Assembly (NCBI GenBank): GCA_964602895.1
Contig: CAZRTG010000001.1
Coordinates: forward strand, 494-64,493
Length of the DNA stretch: 64,000 bases
Direction of reading: 5' to 3'
Source of the DNA: an uncultured Wenzhouxiangellaceae bacterium
Lineage (GTDB): Bacteria > Pseudomonadota > Gammaproteobacteria > Xanthomonadales > SZUA-36
Part shown: positions 1 through 9,235 of the stretch, piece after piece
How positions within the stretch are numbered: position 1 is the stretch's first letter
Layout of the letters: each line of letters starts with the position of its first letter
Notes under the pieces: generated by a model
The model's input: only the letters and a program-made list of their open reading frames with translations
The model's database searches: none
What the model was told of the DNA's origin: nothing
Made by a program: the position numbers and the translations under genes

Positions 1-144
1 AGCAATTCGGCCCGGCGCCTGGCCGGCGATCAGAATTCGAGACTTGCTGCTCGCCTGCAGAATGGGATTGGGGCCAAGCGGAAGACCCACACACAGCGTG
101 CAAGCTCTGACAGACTGCAGCAGCGTGGAGAAATCCGCTTCCAT
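1..144 (-). CDS. uracil-DNA glycosylase superfamily protein, N-terminal 48 codons only (gene runs off the left edge)
   Basis: Hand translation of the minus strand from the ATG at 144..142 gives MEADFSTLLQSVRACTLCVGLPLGPNPILQASSKSRILIAGQAPGRIA. The ILIAGQAPG block resembles the G-x-A-P-G motif of family-4/5-type UDGs. It is absent from the ORF track because it has no stop in the window. Confidence 0.45.
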   Translation of the reverse strand, partial: MEADFSTLLQSVRACTLCVGLPLGPNPILQASSKSRILIAGQAPGRIA

Positions 145-234
145 TTGTTCGGGGGTTCTGGCCATCCGGTCAACGGTATCACGATGCCCGGGGACTTTCT
201 GATTGCACAGTCAGGGCCATACGTTTTGAACCGA

Positions 235-1467
235 TCAAGTAACTGCCTGCCGGGTCTGGTACTCCGGCAACAGGAAAGACCGCGTGGTCAGGATCTCCCT
301 GAATACCTCCACCCCTTTTGCAATATCTTCAACGGACAGGAACATTGGCGAGATTCCAAAGCGCAAATAGTGGGGTGCACGAAAATCCCCAATCACGCCC
401 CGCGCTATCAAATTCTGCATGATGGCGTAACCGTGTTCATGCGTATAGGAAATATGTGCGCCGCGTTCCAGCACACTCGGCGGCGAAGCCAACTCAAGGC
501 CAAAGCCACCGCACTCCTGATCAACCTGTTGTTGGAAGACTTCGCTCAACTGCTGCGACTTCTGGAAATATTCCTGCAGATCTACTTCCAGAAACAGATC
601 AACCGCCGCTTCCAACGCGCTTGCCCCTATCACTCCGGGCGTCCCGGTCAACATACGGCGAATGCCTTCGGCAGCAACATAATCATCGGTAAACGCAAAA
701 GGATTGGCATGCCCAAACCAGCCACTCAATGGCTGTTGCATGGCGGCATGATGACGCTCCGCAGCAAAAATAAAGGCCGGCGCTCCGGGACCACCGTTGA
801 GGTGTTTGTAACCACACCCCACTGCAAAATCCACCTTGGCCTGGTTTAAATCCAACGGTACCGCACCGACCGAGTGACTCAAATCCCACACGATTAAAGC
901 GCCAACGTCATGCGTGCGGCGCGTAATTTCAGCCATTGGAAAGACGGCACCGCTGACGTAATGCACGTGTGTCAGGACCACTACTGCGGTTGCATCATCA
1001 ATCGCATCAACCAGGTTCTGCCGTTCTGCCAACTCGATGCGGTGATCCAATGCTGAGTTTTTTGTATAGCCATCGAGGATGTACAAATCGGAAGGAAAAT
1101 TCCGTGGCTCGCTGAGTATCTTGCTTCGATCAGGTCGCAGGTCCGCAGCGGCGGATACCGCTTTATACAGATTAACCGAGGTGCTGTCGCATACCGTGGT
1201 CTCGCCGGGTTTTGCTCCGATCAGCTGCCCGATCTTGTCACCCAGCCGACCGGGTAGCTCATACCAACCGGCAGAGTTCCAACCGCGAATCAGCTGCTCA
1301 CCCCATTCGCTCGCCACCACCGCATTCACCCGGTCACGCACATCACGACTCAAAGGTCCCAACGAGTTACCATTCATGTAAATGACACCTTCGGGCAGCA
1401 GAAACCGCTTCCGTATGGATGCCAGTTTGGTCTTCACATCGTCAGTCACGCTGCAATCACCATTCAA
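235..1467 (-). CDS. kynU: kynureninase
   Basis: 410 aa. The N-terminal block LPEGVIYMNGNSLGP...WGEQLIRGWNSAGW is characteristic of bacterial kynureninases, and the fold is PLP-dependent class V-like. TTG start overlaps the upstream stop (TTGA). Confidence 0.88.
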   Translation of the reverse strand: MNGDCSVTDDVKTKLASIRKRFLLPEGVIYMNGNSLGPLSRDVRDRVNAVVASEWGEQLIRGWNSAGWYELPGRLGDKIGQLIGAKPGETTVCDSTSVNLYKAVSAAADLRPDRSKILSEPRNFPSDLYILDGYTKNSALDHRIELAERQNLVDAIDDATAVVVLTHVHYVSGAVFPMAEITRRTHDVGALIVWDLSHSVGAVPLDLNQAKVDFAVGCGYKHLNGGPGAPAFIFAAERHHAAMQQPLSGWFGHANPFAFTDDYVAAEGIRRMLTGTPGVIGASALEAAVDLFLEVDLQEYFQKSQQLSEVFQQQVDQECGGFGLELASPPSVLERGAHISYTHEHGYAIMQNLIARGVIGDFRAPHYLRFGISPMFLSVEDIAKGVEVFREILTTRSFLLPEYQTRQAVT

Positions 1468-2228
1468 TCCACAATGCCGAACTTGTCTTTGAGTTCCGCG
1501 ATTTCTCTTAACCTTTCCTGGTGTTTTTGCGCTCGAATCTCCTGGTTGCGTATATTTTGATGTTTCAGTGACACGTTGATGAAATCGTGGATCCAGTCAC
1601 CCAATATGAAAGCTTTGGGTGAGTCTGATGAAATGGAATAGGTTTTTCCCGAGCCATCCACTCTCAATTTCATCGGGATATTCATGAGGCATCGATCTGA
1701 ATCGTCAAAAAGAAACAGATTGAATAATTTCATGTTGTCGGAAATTCCCTGTTTTTCTTCGTCGTCAACAAACTTGTACCTGGCTCCATTCAATTCAAAT
1801 TCAAATCGGTTCAAATCATTGATGCTGCTGGCCTTCAGGGTTTTCAGCTCGTACCACTTGCCATCCTGACTGTAAGAATTCAGTAATTGCGGGCTGATGC
1901 GCCGAAAATGACTTTTATAGAGATTCCACAGGTGATATGAAATATCGGTTTCCCAGGCAATTTTCTTTCGATCATTGATGATCTTTTGCAGCCTCTCCAG
2001 TTCGATCTTGCTACTTTCTTCAGTTGTCAAAACTTGAGATTCAGTCGCGAAACCGGACTGTTCTGGCCTGTTTGAATTGCTTTGTTCAACTTCGGGAATG
2101 ATGTGAGGTCGGCTCAAAGCCACACGATTGAGCCGATCGCCGCTTTTCCTTAGCTGTGCGATCGTAATCGCGATTACCACCCCCACAATGAGCACGATCA
2201 CAAGTATGAATACATGTTCACTCGTCAT
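1464..2228 (-). CDS. hypothetical membrane-anchored protein (one N-terminal TM helix, charged/coiled C-terminal part)
   Basis: 254-aa ORF. N-terminus VFILVIVLIVGVVIAITIA is a single TM helix. I recognise no family. The DNA is strongly AT-rich relative to its neighbours. The stop overlaps the kynU start. Confidence 0.6.
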   Translation of the reverse strand: MTSEHVFILVIVLIVGVVIAITIAQLRKSGDRLNRVALSRPHIIPEVEQSNSNRPEQSGFATESQVLTTEESSKIELERLQKIINDRKKIAWETDISYHLWNLYKSHFRRISPQLLNSYSQDGKWYELKTLKASSINDLNRFEFELNGARYKFVDDEEKQGISDNMKLFNLFLFDDSDRCLMNIPMKLRVDGSGKTYSISSDSPKAFILGDWIHDFINVSLKHQNIRNQEIRAQKHQERLREIAELKDKFGIVD

Positions 2229-2467
2229 ACCGGCCCCTTCTCTCAGCTTTCACCAAGATTCTGCCTTGACTGCCGCCCCAAGGCAACCAGCCCAACCGGT
2301 TTTCAATATAAGGTCGAACCCACGCTACTTATAGATTTGTTAGGCTGGACTTCCCAAGATATTGAAGACATTTCCAGCCTTTAAAAAATTACCAACAGTA
2401 TGGGTAACCTCGAATGACCTGCATTGGCTACTTGAGTGCTGGTCGCGCGCTCCCTGTTCCGCTTTGG

Positions 2468-3523
2468 CTAGCGACTCACTCGACCGGAAGCATCACCACC
2501 CATGAGCTTTTTCACTTCATCCACGGAAACACGATTGAAATCGCCCATAATGGAATGCTTCAGGCAACTGGCTGCTACCGCAAATTCCAAAGATTGCTGG
2601 CGGTCAGAGTAGGCATTCAGGCCATAAATCAGCCCGGATGCAAAGCTGTCACCGCCGCCAACCCGGTCAACGATATCGGTGATTTCATAGCGCTGTGACA
2701 GGTGAAAACCGTCAGCATCTCGCAAACAGGCTGACCAACCGTTCTGATCCGCGCTGTTTGATTCGCGTAAGGTTATAGCCATCACGGAAAGATTGGGATA
2801 CAGCTGTAACATCTGCTTACTGAGCTGTTCGTATTTCCCGATATTCAGCTCACCACTGGCTACATCCACATCCGCGCTGACACCCAAAGACTTCTGACAG
2901 TCCTCTTCATTGGCTATACCTACGTCGACGTATTTCACCAGTTCGGACATGACTTCCGGAGCGCTTTTACCGTACTTCCACAGCTTGCCACGGTAATTGA
3001 AATCGCAGGAGACCGTTACGCCACTGGCCCTGGCAGCCTGCACCGCCTCCAGACTCAACTCGGCAGCCGAAGCACTCAATGCCGGGGTAATGCCGGTGAT
3101 ATGAAACCAGCTGGCATCTTTGAAAATGGTCGGCCAGTCAAAGTCGCCTACGCGTGCCTGACACATGGATGAACCGGCGCGATCGTAAATCACTTTGGAG
3201 GCTCGCTGGTTTGCCCCAGCTTCCAGAAAATAGATGCCTACACGCTCGCCACTGCGACGAACATGGCGGGTATCAACCGCGAAACTGCGCAGCTCGCGAA
3301 GCGCCGCATCAGCAATATCGTTGTCAGGCAATGCCGAAACAAAACCTGAATCCAGGCCGTAGTTGGCCAGCGATACAGCAACATTGGCCTCTCCACCACC
3401 AAAACTGGCTTCGAAACCGGATGACTGAAAAAAGCGTTCATGGGCAGGCGACTTCAGTCGCAGCATGATTTCACCGAATGACAGAAATTTTGACACTGCT
3501 TTATCCTCTGACTTGCGCGGCAA
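2468..3523 (-). CDS. kdgK: 2-dehydro-3-deoxygluconokinase (PfkB-family sugar kinase)
   Basis: 351 aa. Contains [13 protein letters not shown] and the PfkB signature DRVGGGDSF. Adjacent to and overlapping eda. Confidence 0.82.
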   Translation of the reverse strand: MPRKSEDKAVSKFLSFGEIMLRLKSPAHERFFQSSGFEASFGGGEANVAVSLANYGLDSGFVSALPDNDIADAALRELRSFAVDTRHVRRSGERVGIYFLEAGANQRASKVIYDRAGSSMCQARVGDFDWPTIFKDASWFHITGITPALSASAAELSLEAVQAARASGVTVSCDFNYRGKLWKYGKSAPEVMSELVKYVDVGIANEEDCQKSLGVSADVDVASGELNIGKYEQLSKQMLQLYPNLSVMAITLRESNSADQNGWSACLRDADGFHLSQRYEITDIVDRVGGGDSFASGLIYGLNAYSDRQQSLEFAVAASCLKHSIMGDFNRVSVDEVKKLMGGDASGRVSR

Positions 3524-4142
3524 TGACCAGCGCTTCCTTAGCGAGACCGGTTACTGCCTGGTAGTTTTTTGCCTGAATTTCAGCAGCCGGAGTCAACCAG
3601 CTGCCGCCGCAGGCGATGACTGACGGTACGGCCAGATATTCAGCAAGATTGCCCGCTGAAACCCCACCGGTTGGCATAAAACGCATGTTGCGAAATACGG
3701 CTGACAGCGCTTTGAGCATGGCAGTGCCACCCGATAAACCCGCCGGGAAGAATTTGACCACATCCAGGCCCAGGTTCCAGGCCTGCTGCAATTCTGACGC
3801 AGTCGCAATACCGGGAAAGACCGGTATGCCCGCTTGTTGTGCCACCTTGATCACCCCCTCGTCCAATCCTGGAGAAACAATAAAGGCGGCACCCGCAGCC
3901 ACAACCGACTTCGCCTGGTTTGCGGTCAAAACGGTGCCGGCGCCAACTATGGCCGTTGCGACACGGTGTGCAGCAGCCTCCAGGCAGCTGAGGGCTTTGT
4001 CGGTACGCAGAACCACCTCCACCACACTCAGGCCACCGGCAAGCAGTGCTTCTGTTGTTGCGATGGCTGTTGCCTGGTCATCTGCCTGCACCAACGGCAC
4101 AACAGGGGCTGTTTCCAGGCGCTGAGTCAACGAGTTATTCAT
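3501..4142 (-). CDS. eda: 2-dehydro-3-deoxyphosphogluconate (KDPG) aldolase
   Basis: 213 aa. Contains GAGTVL, VKFFPA (Schiff-base Lys context) and PTGGV, all typical of Eda. Confidence 0.88.
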   Translation of the reverse strand: MNNSLTQRLETAPVVPLVQADDQATAIATTEALLAGGLSVVEVVLRTDKALSCLEAAAHRVATAIVGAGTVLTANQAKSVVAAGAAFIVSPGLDEGVIKVAQQAGIPVFPGIATASELQQAWNLGLDVVKFFPAGLSGGTAMLKALSAVFRNMRFMPTGGVSAGNLAEYLAVPSVIACGGSWLTPAAEIQAKNYQAVTGLAKEALVIAAQVRG

Positions 4143-4172
4143 GGTTCTGCAAAGCTCCGTATCTCCAGCACA

Positions 4173-4670
4173 TCATATGTAAATGATGATCGTACCCAGT
4201 ACACCATCACAATTGATCAAATTAACGCGTTTATGACGGATCTGATATCCATGCGGCCGCTTTACCAATTCGTGAACATAGGTACCGGCAAACAGGGTTT
4301 GTTTGTCCATGTAGTAGCTGACACACTGAAAATTTGAAGTAACCGTGCAATCACCTGTAGCTTCATCCATCTCCTTGATACGCACATTGGAGATGATATG
4401 GGATGCCCTCACTGTGTATTCTTTGGATGCGGCGCGCGGGTGAACAAAATTCCGCTTGCGGATTTCCATCATCACCCGATCGTCATACATCAAAGAGATG
4501 TGATTGAGCGCGTCCACCTGATCAACGATGGCGGGCATCCAGTAAACTCCGTCTTCAGTGTACAGCTCCAGCCAGGACTCCAGATCCGGATTGTCCAGAA
4601 ATGATGCTTCCTGATAGAGAAAGTCTTCAATGGCTCGCAAAGTTTCAAGATGTTTCATCTGATCCGTCAT
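4173..4670 (-). CDS. aromatic ring-hydroxylating dioxygenase, beta (small) subunit
   Basis: Starts MTDQMKHLETLRAIEDFLYQEASFLD (SnoaL/NTF2-like small-subunit pattern). ATG at 4670 is preceded by GGAGG and lies 1 nt after the alpha-subunit stop. The ORF-track start at 4736 is probably too far upstream. Confidence 0.85.
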   Translation of the reverse strand: MTDQMKHLETLRAIEDFLYQEASFLDNPDLESWLELYTEDGVYWMPAIVDQVDALNHISLMYDDRVMMEIRKRNFVHPRAASKEYTVRASHIISNVRIKEMDEATGDCTVTSNFQCVSYYMDKQTLFAGTYVHELVKRPHGYQIRHKRVNLINCDGVLGTIIIYI

Positions 4671-4671
4671 A

Positions 4672-5979
4672 TCAGGCCACCTCCGAGAGCATGTATTCAC
4701 GCCAGGCGGCGTATTCACTGCGCATATCCAGATCACTGGTGCCGGTATTCGTCAGCCGGTCACCCTGATCGACATCACTGCCGTAATTACGATGCATTTC
4801 CACCCATTCGTTGGCAGGCGAGAGCAAGCCTTGCTGCATACGGCGATAGGCGGTCAGGTCATCAGGCGCAACCATAGAGCCATTGGAATTGATCAGGCGT
4901 GAGTACAGCAGCGTTCGCTGCAACATGGAGTCCGGCGCGCCTTTGAGGCGAAAAGACCAGGTTTCTACAATACATTTATCCACCGCGATGGGGCGCACCA
5001 CCCGTATATTCTGTACCGCAGACTTGATGGTCAGGGAAGGATAATAAAGGGTGTTGTGGGTATTGAACGTCAAAATTTCCCGTGTCCGCTGCTCTCCATA
5101 AGCCTTGATCATCGCTGCTTCGTATTCGGGATCGACACTGTAGTCCGCATGAATACTGCTCTTCCCACCGTCATAGTGATGGCCATAGCGGAACCCGGTA
5201 ATACCCGTGGCTTCAAAATTTTTGTACGAGGCTCCGAATGGCGGAATGATTTCTGCCTCTGCCCGATGTGGTGAATCTTCAGGCAATGTGCTGATGTAAT
5301 CGTTGGCTGCATCGACAATCGATTTATGCACGATCATGGGATGCATGGTGTCGTTCAGGTTTTCGATGAACATTTTCCAGTTGCAATCATGCTCATAGCG
5401 CAACACACCACCGGCGACTTCAACCTCGCCTTCCGGCGAGCGGTCGCAGAGGTTGTCCAGCACGTCACCGGCACCGCCCAGCCAGGTTTTCAAGTCCGGT
5501 GCGTTCGGGTCCATGGTGGCAAAAACAAAACCCCGGTAACTGTCGTACTGGGCCAGCTTCTGCATGCTGTACTGCGGATCATTTTTATCAAAACCGGTAT
5601 TTTTGTAACCCGCCGGATGTGGGACACCTACCAATTTTCCATCCAGGCGATAGCTCCAGCCGTGGTAACAGCAGGTAAATCCAGCGCCGGTATTGCCACA
5701 GGCTGTGTCTACCAGCTTGGCACCTTTGTGACCGCAGCGATTGAACAACACATGTACTTTTTCGTCCCGGTCGCGGACCATGACCACGGGATATTTACCC
5801 AGCTGCAGGCTGATATAGCTGCCTGGTTCAGGCACCTGGCTTTCGTGGCCCACAAAAATCCAGGCCTTGCCCCAGATGCGCTGCATTTCCAGCTCAAAAA
5901 TAGCCGGGTCGGTATAAACCCTGCGGTGTATTTGCGTTGGCTTGACCAGATTCGCAATTTCGTCTTGCGTATAACTCAT
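4672..5979 (-). CDS. Rieske non-haem iron aromatic ring-hydroxylating oxygenase, alpha subunit
   Basis: Rieske motif CGHKG...CCYHGW. Mononuclear-iron motif NDTMHPMIVH. Start chosen at MSYTQDE (GGGAG 8 nt upstream). An alternative in-frame start is at 6042. Confidence 0.88.
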   Translation of the reverse strand: MSYTQDEIANLVKPTQIHRRVYTDPAIFELEMQRIWGKAWIFVGHESQVPEPGSYISLQLGKYPVVMVRDRDEKVHVLFNRCGHKGAKLVDTACGNTGAGFTCCYHGWSYRLDGKLVGVPHPAGYKNTGFDKNDPQYSMQKLAQYDSYRGFVFATMDPNAPDLKTWLGGAGDVLDNLCDRSPEGEVEVAGGVLRYEHDCNWKMFIENLNDTMHPMIVHKSIVDAANDYISTLPEDSPHRAEAEIIPPFGASYKNFEATGITGFRYGHHYDGGKSSIHADYSVDPEYEAAMIKAYGEQRTREILTFNTHNTLYYPSLTIKSAVQNIRVVRPIAVDKCIVETWSFRLKGAPDSMLQRTLLYSRLINSNGSMVAPDDLTAYRRMQQGLLSPANEWVEMHRNYGSDVDQGDRLTNTGTSDLDMRSEYAAWREYMLSEVA

Positions 5980-6055
5980 GCTTCTAACTCCCGAAAAATC
6001 ATCCTGCAGGTTCTGTTCAGCCGCAACCATGGCGGTAAACATTGCCTTCCGTCAT

Positions 6056-6799
6056 TCAAAGTGACAAAGCGCCGATACTCGCTCCGCCACAAACAAAAAG
6101 TGTTTGACCGGTCACAAAACCGTTGTCTTCGGCCGCCAGGAACATCACTGCCCTGGCCACATCATCAGCACGGCCCAAACGTTTCACGGGAATTGAGGCC
6201 GCGATCTGTGCTGCACGCCCACTGTCTTCCGGAATCACCTCCGTAAACATGTCGGTGACTATGGGGCCAGGTGCCACCGCATTCACCGTAATACCGTGCT
6301 CTCCCAGTTCCAGTGCCCAGGTGCGGACCAAGCCGATTTGTGCCGCTTTGCTGGCAGCATAGCCGGTACGGGTTTTAAGCCCCAGCATGCCTCGTGAACC
6401 AATCAATACCACGCGTCCGAAGCAGGCCTTTTTCATGGCGGGCAACACCGCTTGCAACAGCAGCACTGCAGCATGCACATGCAAGCGGTCCATATAGACC
6501 AGGTCATCCACTTTCACGTCTTCGATGAGGTCGGCCCGGATAACGCCTGCGTTATGCACCAACGTGGTCACATCATACTGTTCAGACAGGCCGGCCAGCA
6601 CTGCTTTGGTGGCATCCAGGTCAGACAGGTCCACCGGCACATCGATGAGCCTGTCGTGACTTTTTGCTGCGGGTCGACGGGACAGATTGAGCACCGTATG
6701 ACCCCCCGCCAGGAGATGCTGACAAATGCTTTCACCAATTCCGGCACTGCCGCCCGTGACCAGCGCGACCTTTTGTGCTGCCGATTGTGTGTGACTCAT
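6056..6799 (-). CDS. short-chain dehydrogenase/reductase (candidate cis-diol dehydrogenase of the cluster)
   Basis: 247 aa with VTGGSAGIG, HNAGV and YAASKAA (canonical SDR motifs). ATGA overlap with the upstream gene. Confidence 0.85.
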   Translation of the reverse strand: MSHTQSAAQKVALVTGGSAGIGESICQHLLAGGHTVLNLSRRPAAKSHDRLIDVPVDLSDLDATKAVLAGLSEQYDVTTLVHNAGVIRADLIEDVKVDDLVYMDRLHVHAAVLLLQAVLPAMKKACFGRVVLIGSRGMLGLKTRTGYAASKAAQIGLVRTWALELGEHGITVNAVAPGPIVTDMFTEVIPEDSGRAAQIAASIPVKRLGRADDVARAVMFLAAEDNGFVTGQTLFVCGGASIGALSL

Positions 6800-8055
6800 G
6801 ATGCATTCCTCTCTGCCAGTGCAAGTTCACGTTCCAGGACCATCGGATCCTCACGGTAACGTTTCACCAGGTCTTCGGCTACCGGACCCAAAGTGACATG
6901 TTCAATTCCCTGTTGCAATGCATGCACGACTGCACCCGCCAGGCGCCGGGGAGCGACTTTGGGCGGTGGCACCGATTGCCACCGGCCACCCTCCAGCGGG
7001 CCCGACAAAACAGTGACGAGCTTGATGCCGCTGCCTGCCAGCTCGGCTCGCAGGCACTGACTCAGCGAATAGGCGGCCGCCTGACTGGCTGATGTTGTGC
7101 CAAAATCCGGGCGGTTTGACAAGGCATAAACGGACAGCAGGTTCACCCAGGCACAGGCTCCGGTTTCGCTGTCCGTGCCCCGGGATTTCATGGGCGGGCC
7201 AAAGGCCTGAATCAATCGCAGCAAGCCAAAGTAGTTGATCTCCATTTCATCACGTGCCGTTTCGACTTCCTGCCGGTCCATGCCGCCACCCGGGTGAACA
7301 AACTCGGCGGTATTGATGAGTATGTCTACCTTGTCACCGATCTTTGCAGCCAGTTCGTTGACCGACCGGGTATTGGTCAGATCCAATGGCAGCCATTCCA
7401 CGCCAGGAACAGTGGACAATGCCGCGCTGCCGGAAAAAGGTTGCGAGTTCCCGGCGACACCGACAAAAATACCCAATGCGCCCGCTTTGGCCAGAGCCTG
7501 GGCCATGGCCTGACCGAGTTCGGTACGCCCGTCTGTAATCAAGACACGACGGGATTTGGGGTCACAGGTGAGGGTTCGAAGTTGTTGGTCATCCGCCATG
7601 TTCGGAGTCTCCTGATCGGGCAGGGCAAACAGTACACCCTGTCCGGATTTATCGGTTCTGGCTATCATTTTTACCCTTGCCAACTCGGCCACATCCCCAT
7701 GCACATGTGCCAGCACGGTCGGGCCAACATCCAGTTGCACCGTACCGATACGCCACGGCAAACGCTCACTGAAATAGGCATTGCTGCTGCTGCGCAAAGT
7801 GGTTTCACTGATCAATTGGCCGCCTTCGGGCATTGCTTCCCAACGCAAGTCCATTGACCAGCATTTAGGGCAGATTTCGCGGGCTGGGTAGCTTACATAG
7901 CCACAGGCTTCACAGCGCTGTAACTTGAACAGACCTTCGGCTGCGGCAGTGGTGAAAACCAGCGCCTGGCGACTGCGCCTGAATGGTGGCACGCTGGTCT
8001 GCCCGATGCGTTCTTGCGGACTTTTGCGGGGCGGTCGTTGCAGCGGCTCGGTCAT
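6796..8055 (-). CDS. fusion protein: DUF35-type Zn-ribbon/OB-fold domain plus degenerate SDR-like domain
   Basis: N-terminal CEACGYVSYPAREICPKCWS zinc ribbon followed by an OB-fold-like segment (DUF35 architecture). The C-terminal about 250 aa is SDR-like, but its motifs read TDGRTELG, NTAE and TSASQ instead of TGxxxGxG, NNAG and YxxxK. Confidence 0.72.
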   Translation of the reverse strand: MTEPLQRPPRKSPQERIGQTSVPPFRRSRQALVFTTAAAEGLFKLQRCEACGYVSYPAREICPKCWSMDLRWEAMPEGGQLISETTLRSSSNAYFSERLPWRIGTVQLDVGPTVLAHVHGDVAELARVKMIARTDKSGQGVLFALPDQETPNMADDQQLRTLTCDPKSRRVLITDGRTELGQAMAQALAKAGALGIFVGVAGNSQPFSGSAALSTVPGVEWLPLDLTNTRSVNELAAKIGDKVDILINTAEFVHPGGGMDRQEVETARDEMEINYFGLLRLIQAFGPPMKSRGTDSETGACAWVNLLSVYALSNRPDFGTTSASQAAAYSLSQCLRAELAGSGIKLVTVLSGPLEGGRWQSVPPPKVAPRRLAGAVVHALQQGIEHVTLGPVAEDLVKRYREDPMVLERELALAERNAS

Positions 8056-9179
8056 GTGTTTGCCCCTGCAAGTATGGCGGCTGCAGTACAGAGTCCGCGG
8101 TCAAAATTGATCATGCCAAAGCCGGAGACTGCTGCAATTCGGGCATCCGGCACCGCATTGTTGATGGCGGCCCCGGTGAGTTGCCGTATAGCCTCAACCA
8201 GGCCCAGGAATCCACCCGCTGCCCCAGCCTGGCCAACCGAAAGCTGCCCTCCGGAGGTGTTATGTGGAAAGCTGCCATCGAAGGTAAAACTGTTTTGCTG
8301 GATGAACTCGCTGGCACCGCCTTTTTCACAAAAACCCAGGTCTTCGAATTGCATCACACTGATAACCGGGTAATCATCGTAGGTCTGCAGCAGATCGACC
8401 TGTTCAGGCTGGATGTCGGCCATGCTCCAGAATTCGTCCCTGTCCAGTGCCCAGCCACCACGAAGCTGAATGGGGTCATCGGGGAATGCATTGTGGCGCT
8501 CAATCGTTGAAAGGATACGCACAAACGGCAGACCGCGGTCTTTGGCCACATCCTCGCGCATCACCAAAAAGCCTTCTGCTCCAGCGCAGGGCATGACACA
8601 GTCAAACAGGGTGATGGGGTCGGCAATACTGCGTGCGCCAAGGTACTGCTCTGTAGTCAGGCGCGACTTCATCAGGGCCGGCTCATAACACAGTGCATTT
8701 TCCCTCTGGGCCACACACAAACGCGCAAAATCTTCCCGTTGAGTGCCGTAAAGTCGCATATGCTCGCGTGTCATCAGGGCAAAACTGGCATTGGGGCCAC
8801 CAGCGCCATACGGGAAGGACGCATCCTGGGAAAATCGGCTGAAGCTCGCCAACATGGTCCGAAATGAATCCACATGGTTCGTATCTCCAGCCACACAGGC
8901 AACGATTTCAGCGTCACCGCTTTGCACCGCCCGTGCGGCGCGGCGCAGGGAAACAATACCGCTGGCTCCGCCCGTAGGAATATGATCCAACCAGCGTGTG
9001 GTCAGACCAAAATGCTGTGTAAGTCCGACTGCCGTGTCCGGAAACAGGGAAAACGAAGCTGCACAAAAACCATCAAAATCACCCGGAGTGAAGCCAGAAG
9101 CCTGAGCCAGGCCTGATAAAGCCCGTGCAATCCACCAGTGTGCCGGCTTTACCGAATAGCGCTCATAGGGAATACTCAC
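8052..9179 (-). CDS. thiolase-like protein, SCP-x / lipid-transfer type (usual partner of DUF35)
   Basis: 375 aa with thiolase-fold blocks (GGASGIVSLRRAARAVQSGDAEIVACVAGD, HNTSGGQLS). Start uncertain: the GTG is 17 nt from AAGGAG, and the in-frame upstream peptide GVVLTTP also looks thiolase-like. Confidence 0.75.
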   Translation of the reverse strand: MSIPYERYSVKPAHWWIARALSGLAQASGFTPGDFDGFCAASFSLFPDTAVGLTQHFGLTTRWLDHIPTGGASGIVSLRRAARAVQSGDAEIVACVAGDTNHVDSFRTMLASFSRFSQDASFPYGAGGPNASFALMTREHMRLYGTQREDFARLCVAQRENALCYEPALMKSRLTTEQYLGARSIADPITLFDCVMPCAGAEGFLVMREDVAKDRGLPFVRILSTIERHNAFPDDPIQLRGGWALDRDEFWSMADIQPEQVDLLQTYDDYPVISVMQFEDLGFCEKGGASEFIQQNSFTFDGSFPHNTSGGQLSVGQAGAAGGFLGLVEAIRQLTGAAINNAVPDARIAAVSGFGMINFDRGLCTAAAILAGANT

Positions 9180-9235
9180 GGGAGTGGTTAATACGACTCC
9201 TTCATAAGACTGGCGGCGATGGTGTGCAGGCTTGC

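Noticed and set aside
145-849. 234-aa plus-strand ORF at the left end of the window
   Set aside because: It lies entirely antisense to the well-supported kynureninase gene (235..1467). It has no motifs and looks like a typical shadow ORF of GC-rich coding DNA.
5326-6246. 306-aa plus-strand ORF, and similar long antisense ORFs (13228..14160, 14577..15320, 16443..17087, 17498..18556, 22325..22855, 24688..25245, 33217..33939, 36816..37553, 39796..40551, 56356..57243, 60581..61822)
   Set aside because: Each lies opposite a gene with clear family motifs. Their translations are low-complexity (Arg/Gly/His/Gln-rich) with no recognisable domains. I treat them as antisense shadows, not genes.
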